From Opitutia bacterium (GTDB lineage: Bacteria; Verrucomicrobiota; Verrucomicrobiia; Opitutales; Opitutaceae): a stretch of DNA of 64,000 nt. The notes under the pieces are model-generated. The model was not told where the DNA came from. It ran no database searches and worked only from the letters and a program-made list of their open reading frames with translations. The translations under genes and the position numbers were made by a program. This document shows positions 20,283 to 27,766 of this stretch, piece by piece (the stretch's first letter is position 1; the number at the start of each line of letters is the position of its first letter). The DNA lies in the NCBI GenBank assembly GCA_947453695.1, contig CANGHW010000005.1, positions 43,091-107,090 of the forward strand, written 5' to 3'.

Positions 20283-21563
20283 TTACACTGACCGGCCGGT
20301 GCTGTTGCCAAAGGAGTTGGTCTCGACGCCCATGCGTTGCGCGATGTCCACGTAGAGATTGCAGAGGGGCACCTTATTCGGGCCGGAGGACGGGATCTTC
20401 TTGAACTCGCCATGGCGATAGCCGCCGCCGGCGAGGAGAATCGGGAGATCGGAATTCTTGTGCGTGTTGGCGTCGCCGATGCCGCTGCCGAACAGGACGG
20501 ACGTAGAGTCGAGCAGGGTGCGGTCGCCGTCTTCCATCTTAGAGAGGCGCTGGACGAACTTGCCGAAGTGCTCGATCTGGTAGGACTCGAGCGTGATGAG
20601 GTGCTTGATGGCGGCCTCATCGTTGCCGTGGTGGGAGAGGCCGTGGTAGGCCTTGTCGATGCCGAGGTCCTGCGGGAGGAAGTCGCCGCCGATCTCGAGC
20701 GTGGCGATGCGCGTCGAGTCCGTCTGCAGCGCCAGGGCGAGCAACTCGTAGAGCATCGGGAGGTCCTGGACCTTGTTCTTGTTCTCCGGGCGGTTGAAGG
20801 GCGGCTGCGGCTTGGGCAGGCTGGCCCAGCGCTGGCGGAGCTCGAGGCGCTTTTCGACGTCGCGGATCGAAGTGAAGTATTCGTCGAGCTTTTCCTTGTC
20901 CTCGCGGTTGACCTGCTTGGAGAGGCGGTTCGCGTCTTCTAGGCCGGAGTCGAGAATGGAGGCCTGCAGGCGGTTTTCCTGGTGGCGCTTGGCCTGGCGG
21001 GACGCGGAGTCGCTCACGAACAGGCGGTCGAACAATTCAGCCGGGCCGGTGATGGGCGGGACGCGCACGCCGGCCTTGGTCCAGGCGATCTGGCAGCCGC
21101 CGTGGATGCCGCCCTCGGAGCCGACGGTGAGCGAGGGGAAGCGCGTCTGGTGGCCGATCTCGTCGGCCATGAACTGGTCGATGGTGACATTGCCCAACGG
21201 GCGGGCCTGCGCCTCGGAGTTAAGGACGCCGGAGAGGAAGGAGTGGACCGCGAAGTGGCCGCCCTTGATGCCGTGATCGAGGCCGCGGTAAACGGTCAGG
21301 TGCTTGCGCACGTCCCAGAGGGGCTTGAGCAGCGTGGTCTGCTCATAGGCGGAGCCGGTCGTCTCGGGAAACAGGTGCTTCACCTGATAGCCGAGGAGAT
21401 TGCCGATCGCGACGAAACGGCGCGCGCCGGCGCCCGCGCCCTTGGCGGTCTGCACGGCGGAGTTGCCACCCACAGCGCCGGCCAACAGCGAAGGGAGCGA
21501 GGGGAGGGCCAGCGTGGCGCCGAGGGATTGGAGGATGAAACGGCGCCGGTTGATGGGATTCAT
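20283..21563 (-). CDS. DUF1552-family protein with a twin-arginine signal (pair B)
   Basis: This is ORF 20283..21626 trimmed to the ATG at 21563 (MNPINRRRFILQSLGATLALPSLPSLL). It is a paralogue of 13575..14975. Confidence 0.85.
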   Translation of the reverse strand: MNPINRRRFILQSLGATLALPSLPSLLAGAVGGNSAVQTAKGAGAGARRFVAIGNLLGYQVKHLFPETTGSAYEQTTLLKPLWDVRKHLTVYRGLDHGIKGGHFAVHSFLSGVLNSEAQARPLGNVTIDQFMADEIGHQTRFPSLTVGSEGGIHGGCQIAWTKAGVRVPPITGPAELFDRLFVSDSASRQAKRHQENRLQASILDSGLEDANRLSKQVNREDKEKLDEYFTSIRDVEKRLELRQRWASLPKPQPPFNRPENKNKVQDLPMLYELLALALQTDSTRIATLEIGGDFLPQDLGIDKAYHGLSHHGNDEAAIKHLITLESYQIEHFGKFVQRLSKMEDGDRTLLDSTSVLFGSGIGDANTHKNSDLPILLAGGGYRHGEFKKIPSSGPNKVPLCNLYVDIAQRMGVETNSFGNSTGRSV

Positions 21564-21693
21564 GCTCAAGAAGGGGGAGAGGGGAGGGGCGGGACGCTGG
21601 GAGCTGCCTTGGAAACGGGCGGTCACGTGGCGACACGCGGCAGACGTCCGGGGGCAGAGGGTGGTTGCGTGTGAAACTCAAATCGCGGTTCGG

Positions 21694-21828
21694 TGGGGAG
21701 CGAGGAAAAACCCGGGGAGGGAGCGGGACGGAGCGGGAGTAAAGGAGGGACGGGGCGAGGGAGAGAAGGAGAGAGGGGGAGCCAGAGGGAGGTGGAGGAG
21801 ACGGAGGGCGGAGGGCGGTGGCGATGGG
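21694..21828. repeat. Polypurine (G/A) tract on the + strand
   Basis: Roughly 135 nt are almost entirely G/A. This includes an uninterrupted 25-nt purine run at 21757..21781 (GAGGGAGAGAAGGAGAGAGGGGGAG). The tract lies in the divergent intergenic region 21564..22358. Confidence 0.7.
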
Positions 21829-21871
21829 TTAACGGCGATTAATGTGATGGTTGCGCAGGCGTGGACGATTG

Positions 21872-22144
21872 GGGGGAGCGATCTGGCGGCGTGGGTAATC
21901 GAGCTGACGGTCTGGTAAATCGATCTGGTGGTCTGGTATATCGAGCTGGCGAGGTGGGGAAACGAGCTGGCGGGGTGGGGAAATGGGCTGGCGAGGTGGG
22001 GAAACGATCTGGCGGTCTGGTAAATCGAGCTGGCGAGGTGGTTTTTCGGTCTGGCGGTCTGGTTTTACGATCTGGTGGCGTGGTTTTTCGAGCTGGCGGT
22101 GTGGGGAAACGAGCCGGCGGTCGGGGAAAACGGGCTGACGAGGT
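21872..22144. repeat. Tandem repeat, 13 contiguous units of exactly 21 bp
   Basis: The units were read directly: GGGGGAGCGATCTGGCGGCGT / GGGTAATCGAGCTGACGGTCT / GGTAAATCGATCTGGTGGTCT / GGTATATCGAGCTGGCGAGGT / GGGGAAACGAGCTGGCGGGGT / ... / GGGAAAACGGGCTGACGAGGT. The conserved core is CG(A/G)(G/T)CTGG(C/T)G. Each unit carries a short A- or T-tract at the same position. Confidence 0.9.
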
Positions 22145-22358
22145 GCGGATATGCGCAGACAGGGTGCGAGGGGAGGGGAAACGCCGGGAGAGTGAAGCCG
22201 GACGGACGGTGGGAGGGCTGCAAAGAAGCTGGAGTCACCCGGGAGCGAATAAGGGGCGACGTTGCGCCCCGAGGCGCGCGTGGGGTGGCGCGCCGTCGCG
22301 GGCAGGTTCGTGCGGAAATAGCTTTTGCCCGCGGATGTTTTGCGGCGGAATTCCGGGC

Positions 22359-23357
22359 ATGAGAATACCCCGTCTCCTGCGTTTCGCGTGCTTAGTCGGA
22401 GTGGTCATGGGCGCGGGGGCGCGGGCGGGCGCCGAGGTGACGCTCACGAAGGCCGAGGATCGCGTGCGCGTGGAGATCGTGGGAAAGCTGTTTACGGAAT
22501 ATATCTTCCGGGGCGCCTACCGGCCGTATTGTTATCCGGTGCTTTCGGCGGATGGGACGGGGCTCACGCGGGATTTTCCGATGAAGCAAAACACGGGGGA
22601 GGATGAAAACCATCCGCACCACCGCTCCCTGTGGTTCGCACACAGCGATGTGAACGGCGTCGATTTCTGGAATCAGGACATGCAGGGCAGTCCGCGGCCG
22701 AAGGGCAAAATTGTGCACGTCGCACTCACGGAGGCGGCGAGCGGGAAGGACACAGGCGTGCTGCGCGCGACGAATCAATGGGTGGCGCCGGATGGCCGCG
22801 TGTTTTGCACCGATGAGCGCACGATCCGTTTCGGGGCCAGCGGGGCGGACCGCTTCATGGATTTCGAAATTACGCTGCGCGCGCCGGCCGACGCGCCGGT
22901 AAAGCTCGGCGACAACAAGGATGGCGGGATGGCCGTGCGCGTCGCGCAGTGGATGAATCTCCCGCGCGCGCCGGGCCCGGGCCGCGCCTACACGGGCGGG
23001 CAGGGGCACATCGTGACCGAGCTAGGCGCACGCGATGGCGCGGCTTGGGGCAAGCGAGGGAAGTGGTGCGACTACCACGCGGAGCACAACGGCCAGACCT
23101 ATGGCGTCGCGATCTTCGATCATCCGCAGAATCTACAACACCCGACCTGGTGGCACGCGCGCGACTACGGCGTGTTTTCCGCGAACCCCATCGGCTGGCA
23201 CGACTTCGAAGCGCGGACGACGAAAGCCGGCGCCGGTGATACCACGATCGCCGCCGGCGGGAGCCTTACCCTGCGCTACCGGCTCCTATTCCACTTCGGC
23301 GACGAGAAGGTGGCGAGAATCGCGGAGCGGTATGCGGAGTGGGTGAAGGAGAAGTGA
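22359..23357 (+). CDS. PmoA-like / DUF6807-family secreted protein
   Basis: This is ORF 21861..23357 trimmed to the ATG at 22359 (MRIPRLLRFACLVGVVMGAGARAGA, a signal peptide). It has the family-typical block DENHPHHRSLWFAHSDVNGVDFWN. Confidence 0.8.
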   Translation: MRIPRLLRFACLVGVVMGAGARAGAEVTLTKAEDRVRVEIVGKLFTEYIFRGAYRPYCYPVLSADGTGLTRDFPMKQNTGEDENHPHHRSLWFAHSDVNGVDFWNQDMQGSPRPKGKIVHVALTEAASGKDTGVLRATNQWVAPDGRVFCTDERTIRFGASGADRFMDFEITLRAPADAPVKLGDNKDGGMAVRVAQWMNLPRAPGPGRAYTGGQGHIVTELGARDGAAWGKRGKWCDYHAEHNGQTYGVAIFDHPQNLQHPTWWHARDYGVFSANPIGWHDFEARTTKAGAGDTTIAAGGSLTLRYRLLFHFGDEKVARIAERYAEWVKEK

Positions 23358-23409
23358 GAGAGGAGCGACGGAGATAGAGACAGAGAGTGGGAGGCACTCT
23401 AGGCTTCGG

Positions 23410-24345
23410 CTAGCTTAGCAACTTCACTACGACTACTATCGCAACGACGACTATAATTAAGCCTAGGAGCACGGAACTACCGCTAGAATTTTGCTGAGCT
23501 TTGATCTGATCTATCAGAGCCGATGCCTGCCACTTTCCGAGCGAATCGATGACCGCCTGATCTTTGAAACCTAGACTCCAAATTAGGTCTTTTTGTTTTA
23601 GCGTCGCTTTACCTTCGTAGGGTTGACGTGCGGGCAGGCAAATTTCGTAGACAGTCTGCCCCTCCTTAACTTTGTGACCCGCGAGCGCTTGATGTAATTT
23701 TTCGTCAGTGGCTTTTTTCGCGGACTGCGGTGAGCCCGGCGGCTCTGATTCTGAGGATTCGCGCTCCGCAAGCAGTCTCCCGATGGTCTCTGAGGCATCT
23801 CGCTTCGTGGCATCGGGCGAAACGGTGCCACCCAGGTCTTCAATAAACTTCAATTGCGCTTTTGTCGGAGATTCTTCGGCTCCTGACGTGCGGCGGCTTT
23901 CCCAGACTTGTCGCTTTGCTTCGCGCGACGCCTCTGATTCCGCTTCCTCACGTGCCTCCATCTCGGCCTCGGCCTTTTTACGGGCCGCTTTGGCAATCGC
24001 GCGATCTGCCGCGGGAAGAATTCGTTCCAACGCCAATTGTAGACGACCGAGCTCCCACGGCAATATTTCCCCGCCTATAGTATAGCGCTGAACTTCTTCG
24101 CGGACATAATTTAGAGCTGGCAAGTCGCTTTCGCCACATGCCTCAAGCCATTGCTTGAGTGCGAGAGCTTCGGTGGCGTCGAGCTTCCCATCTGCAAGGA
24201 GATTGTTGGCGTTCTCACAGAGCGCGCGACCGAAACCTGCAGCCGCTTCCTTCGATGTCAGGACAACGCGTTTCCGAGATTCTGGGGGCGTGGGGTCCAA
24301 AGGCATAGGGTCTAGTTCATTCAGCGGAATTCCTCGTTTCATCAC
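23410..24345 (-). CDS. Hypothetical tail-anchored protein with an acidic coiled-coil and a duplicated helical motif
   Basis: The 311-aa ORF lies in visibly lower-G+C DNA. It has a C-terminal hydrophobic anchor (VLLGLIIVVVAIVVVVKLL) and a central E/A/K-rich segment. Two similar motifs are PTKAQLKFIEDLGG..ASETIGRLL and ATLKQKDLIWSLGF..QASALIDQI. Confidence 0.6.
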   Translation of the reverse strand: MMKRGIPLNELDPMPLDPTPPESRKRVVLTSKEAAAGFGRALCENANNLLADGKLDATEALALKQWLEACGESDLPALNYVREEVQRYTIGGEILPWELGRLQLALERILPAADRAIAKAARKKAEAEMEAREEAESEASREAKRQVWESRRTSGAEESPTKAQLKFIEDLGGTVSPDATKRDASETIGRLLAERESSESEPPGSPQSAKKATDEKLHQALAGHKVKEGQTVYEICLPARQPYEGKATLKQKDLIWSLGFKDQAVIDSLGKWQASALIDQIKAQQNSSGSSVLLGLIIVVVAIVVVVKLLS

Positions 24346-24569
24346 AAGGATGTTGCGGCTATTTGCTTACACTAGCGGTGCGAAGTTCTGACGTGAAGAA
24401 TTTTGTCCGGATTCAAAGCCGTTGAGCTGCGCGTTTTTTCGTTCCATGCCGTCGATCGAGCGCGCGATGGAGGCTCCATTTCCGTTGGCCGAAACAGCGT
24501 CTCCGTGCCGCATGAATTCAAGATTATTCGGAGGAAGTCCCTTGCGGGTCTCAGCTGGGATAAACGTCT

Positions 24570-25424
24570 TTACCGCAGCGTGTGCATCACGAGATGTTGG
24601 CGCCGCGTTTCGAATCCTTGGTCGGGCCAGGTCGCCGCGTAGGCGAGCATGGCCTGTTTGCCGGCTTCCCAGTCGAGGCCGTTGACCCGACAGTCGGCCA
24701 CGAGGCCTTTGTCGGGATAACGCGCCGCATACAGACGAACCGCGAGGAGGTCCGGCTCACGCAGCTTCTCCTTCATCGTCTCCAGCGTGTGGGTGAAAAA
24801 GCAGCACGGGCAAAATGGATGCGCCTCATCTGCGGCAACCGGCGCGGTGATTTGCCGGGATACGGGGCCGAGGAGCACGCGGCGGGGTTGTGGCATGCCG
24901 AGGGGACCGTCGGAACGTTCGAAGCTCACGCTCGAACACTCGCGCAGCTGGTCGCTCGCCAAGTCCACAAAGACCGGCAAATCGATCACCGCGAAGTGCT
25001 CGAATCCTTGCGCGAAGGTCTGTGCCACGTCGTGACCGGCCGCGTGCTGGTATTCGAAGACTCCCTGAGGAAACAAATCCGGATGGGTGACTTCAATCGT
25101 CGTGGTCGTGAGCCAGTGCCCGGCGGGCTGGCGCTGGGCGCTGACGATGCGCGGCTGGAGCACGAGGCCGCGTTTCAGCTCAAGCCATGCGGCCCGCTCC
25201 TTCACCTCAATGCCGCGCCGGCGTAGCACGCCCGCGAGGCAAGCGACCGCGTGGACGTGGCCGACCTGCCCTGTCTTCGCGTCGAGGCGCAGCTCGACCG
25301 CGCAGCCGGGGTTGATAGCGCTCGTCACCGGCTCCGGCGTGTGCTTGAAGAGTTGTCCAAACAGGCGGGGAAGCACGGTGGATAAACAAACCTGTGCCCA
25401 CGCGTGGCGTCGACGGCGAAACAT
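24570..25424 (-). CDS. Hypothetical protein (CPCC motif)
   Basis: This is ORF 24570..25625 trimmed to the ATG at 25424 (MFRRRRHAWAQV), which avoids overlap with the divergent gene starting at 25497. It contains HPFCPCCFFTH. I cannot securely recognise a family. Confidence 0.55.
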   Translation of the reverse strand: MFRRRRHAWAQVCLSTVLPRLFGQLFKHTPEPVTSAINPGCAVELRLDAKTGQVGHVHAVACLAGVLRRRGIEVKERAAWLELKRGLVLQPRIVSAQRQPAGHWLTTTTIEVTHPDLFPQGVFEYQHAAGHDVAQTFAQGFEHFAVIDLPVFVDLASDQLRECSSVSFERSDGPLGMPQPRRVLLGPVSRQITAPVAADEAHPFCPCCFFTHTLETMKEKLREPDLLAVRLYAARYPDKGLVADCRVNGLDWEAGKQAMLAYAATWPDQGFETRRQHLVMHTLR

Positions 25425-25496
25425 CAGCGGACGAGGCGAACATTGGCGTGCATCCGGCGCTTGCCGGCGGGGCCGACCTCGGCCAATTGAATTGGC

Positions 25497-26000
25497 ATGG
25501 GATGCCTCGGCGTTCATTTCGCGCTCACGGAAAACGAAGTCGCCAAGCTCCGGGCATTGGAAAGCGACGCGGACCAGCTGGCTTACCTGATGGAGGAACT
25601 TGAAGAGGATTATTTTGCCCATCACTCGTCATTTATGGCTCAATCAGACAAGGCGTGGGACGCGATGCACCGCAGCTTGTCCGACGGACAGCTCAGCTAC
25701 ACCGCGGGGCCCCATCCGGAGCGTCTCGCGGCGATAGGCGGAGAGCCGCTCTATGCCGAAGACGACTACATCATGTCGCTGAAAACGCCCGCTGAGGTCA
25801 AAGCTGTGGCGGAGGCGCTCGCGCGGATAACGCGGGAGGATTTTCGTCGCCGCTACGACGCGATGGATGCGGTCGCCTACGGTTGTCCAAAAAACGACGA
25901 CGACTTCAACTATACGTGGGAGTGGTTTGGCGGGGTGGCCGCGTTGTTCCAGCAGGCCGCTAAGCATGGTCGCTACGTGTTGTTTTCGGCAGATCAGTAG
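25497..26000 (+). CDS. YfbM/DUF1877-family protein
   Basis: The protein is 167 aa, the same length as E. coli YfbM. As I recall that sequence, the N-termini are similar (MGCLGVHFALTENEVAKLRALES versus MGMIGYFAEIDSEKINQLLES). The overall acidic helical character also matches. Confidence 0.75.
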   Translation: MGCLGVHFALTENEVAKLRALESDADQLAYLMEELEEDYFAHHSSFMAQSDKAWDAMHRSLSDGQLSYTAGPHPERLAAIGGEPLYAEDDYIMSLKTPAEVKAVAEALARITREDFRRRYDAMDAVAYGCPKNDDDFNYTWEWFGGVAALFQQAAKHGRYVLFSADQ

Positions 26001-26012
26001 AGGGTGGCTACC

Positions 26013-27077
26013 ATGGCGCAATCAGACGATGAATCCGCGCCCGGCTGGGATGCCATTGATCGCGCCCTCGCGCCGATCTACGGTGGCAAGGAGCCGCGGC
26101 ATTTCGGCACGTTGATTCGTTACCGCCTCGGTGGGCCTGATCCTCTGGATGGAATCAGCGCCTACGACCGCGATACGCCTGTGCCTCACTGGCATTTTGT
26201 CACGTATGGTTTCACCGACCTCTATGGTCCTGAAAATGGTGTCGCGGACCAGAATGGCTACGGTTTCGAGCTGACACTGCGAATCACTCGCTCTCCCAAC
26301 GAAAGCGAGCCGCCAATGTGGGCGCTTAATTTTCTACAGAACTTAGCGCGCTATGTGTTCCGAAGCGGAAATATACTGCGCGTTGGCGACCACATGAACT
26401 GCAACGGCCCGATCGCGTTGGAGAGCGAAACTTCGCTACATGCCGTGGTCTTCGCTTACGACCCCGAGTTGGGTGAAATCGTCGCGCCTCACGGCAAAGC
26501 GAGGTTCCTCCAAGTTGTGGGGATCACGCTCGACGAATATGCAGCGGTGCAATCGTGGAACTCCGCTGGCTTTATAGAACTGCTGCGCCAGAGCTTGCCG
26601 TTATTGTGCACGGACCTCGTGCGCGGTTCGGTTCTCAAGGAAGTGGCTACGGCGGCCGCAGTGCAACGTGGCATTGTAAACGACGGTTCGAGCACTGGGC
26701 TCCTTTTCGTTTCGCCGCTTTTGTGGGAACTTCGGGGTGGGCTAGTGCGGCGTCAGTCGGTGAAACTTACACTCGGTGCAGGGCAAATTGAGATTATCGC
26801 TGCAGTGTTACGTGGCCGTCTCGGGCATGGACGAGCGCTTTGTCTTCGTGGCCAAGATTTCTCGGTGGATTTTGTTGGCGGCGAGCAATGTGGTTTTTCC
26901 GCAAAAGAGGATAAGTTAGAACTTCGGCTGACACCAGAGGCGGTTCTCGAACTTTTCGAACGCCTGCAGCCGCGCGCCGAATCGTTTGGTCTGAGTCGAT
27001 TCCCAGAGCTACAACTGGTGATCAAGGGAACAGAAATGCGGGATGCAAACGGTGCCGTCGTGAAAACAATCGGGTAA
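26013..27077 (+). CDS. Suppressor-of-fused (SUFU)-like domain protein
   Basis: The ORF track starts at GTG 26004, and the first ATG is at 26013. SUFU hallmark blocks are APGWDAIDRALAPIYG, PVPHWHFVTYGFTDLYG, GYGFELTLRI and PPMWALNFLQNLARYVF. Confidence 0.85.
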   Translation: MAQSDDESAPGWDAIDRALAPIYGGKEPRHFGTLIRYRLGGPDPLDGISAYDRDTPVPHWHFVTYGFTDLYGPENGVADQNGYGFELTLRITRSPNESEPPMWALNFLQNLARYVFRSGNILRVGDHMNCNGPIALESETSLHAVVFAYDPELGEIVAPHGKARFLQVVGITLDEYAAVQSWNSAGFIELLRQSLPLLCTDLVRGSVLKEVATAAAVQRGIVNDGSSTGLLFVSPLLWELRGGLVRRQSVKLTLGAGQIEIIAAVLRGRLGHGRALCLRGQDFSVDFVGGEQCGFSAKEDKLELRLTPEAVLELFERLQPRAESFGLSRFPELQLVIKGTEMRDANGAVVKTIG

Positions 27078-27119
27078 GCTTGCCTGATTCGTGGAATACT
27101 TGGGGATCGGGTGCCGGCG

Positions 27120-27530
27120 CTACTTCTCCTCGTTGAGCCCGCCGGTTTTCACCGCTTGTTTTACGAGGGCCATTGCGGCGGGGAGGTTGAGGTCTTCGAG
27201 TTTCTTGAAGTTGATGCAGCTGCGGCCGGTTTTCACTTTGCCGAGCTTGGCGGCGTTTTGTTCGGCGAGGTAGCCGCCTTGGTCGGCGGAGCAGATGTGG
27301 AGGCTGTAGTAACTTTTGCCGGCGGCGAGTCCGATGAGGAACCAGTCGCCCTCGCGGCCGCTGGCGGATTTGTAGCGGTATTTGCCGTAACCGATGATCG
27401 GCGGCGAACCCATGCCGGACACGAGTTCGACGGGGAGTTTGGGCACGGCTTTCCGAATCGCGGTGTGGACGGCGAGCATCACGGCGCGGCGATCGGCGGG
27501 GAGGCTCGCGAGGAATTCGTCAGGGGTCAT
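27120..27530 (-). CDS. DUF1801 (YdhG-like) domain protein
   Basis: MTPDEFLASLPADRRAVMLAVHTAI.. begins at the ATG at 27530, and the ORF track uses GTG 27539. The length and the IGYGKYRYK/..CINFKKLEDL blocks fit DUF1801. Confidence 0.8.
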   Translation of the reverse strand: MTPDEFLASLPADRRAVMLAVHTAIRKAVPKLPVELVSGMGSPPIIGYGKYRYKSASGREGDWFLIGLAAGKSYYSLHICSADQGGYLAEQNAAKLGKVKTGRSCINFKKLEDLNLPAAMALVKQAVKTGGLNEEK

Positions 27531-27766
27531 GGATTTCACGGCGGCGTAGGGGGTTCCAGGCGAAGCGCGGACCAGGGAGGGTGCGGGGGCGTGAGAGCAG
27601 CTAACGCGAGCCGGGCCGGGGCAGGCAAGCCCAGTGGACGGAGGATGTTCACTTTAAAGACACGACACACACGAAGATAGACGTGGCCGAGGCGCTGGCC
27701 CTGTTTTCGTTGGCCATTGGGATAAAAGGATTGGCCCGACGCGAGGCGTTGCGCCTGACTGGGCCG

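Noticed and set aside
21872-22144. CRISPR array
   Set aside because: The units are directly contiguous with no spacers. At 21 bp the unit is too short, and no cas genes are present in the window.
21861-22358. N-terminal extension of the PmoA-like ORF reading through the 21-bp repeats as a heptad-repeat protein (GGLVNRS/GEVGKRA...)
   Set aside because: A textbook signal peptide (MRIPRLLRFACLVGVVMGAGARAGA) begins at 22359, so it would be internal if the extension were real. The extension starts at a GTG, has no RBS context I could see, and contains a Cys/Arg-rich junk-like linker. An open frame is expected because the period is a multiple of 3 and the units lack stop-prone triplets. I cannot fully exclude translation.
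24367-24513. 48-aa minus-strand ORF (MRHGDAVSANGNGASIARSIDGMERKNAQLNGFESGQNSSRQNFAPLV) between the two minus-strand island genes
   Set aside because: It is too short to support from sequence alone, has no motif and has no clear RBS. It is noted only because it fills the 224-nt gap inside the island.
23358-27119. Calling the lower-G+C island a defined mobile element
   Set aside because: I could find no integrase, transposase, tRNA target, or flanking direct or inverted repeats by eye. Only composition and gene content suggest foreign origin, so it is reported as a finding rather than as a mobile_element feature.
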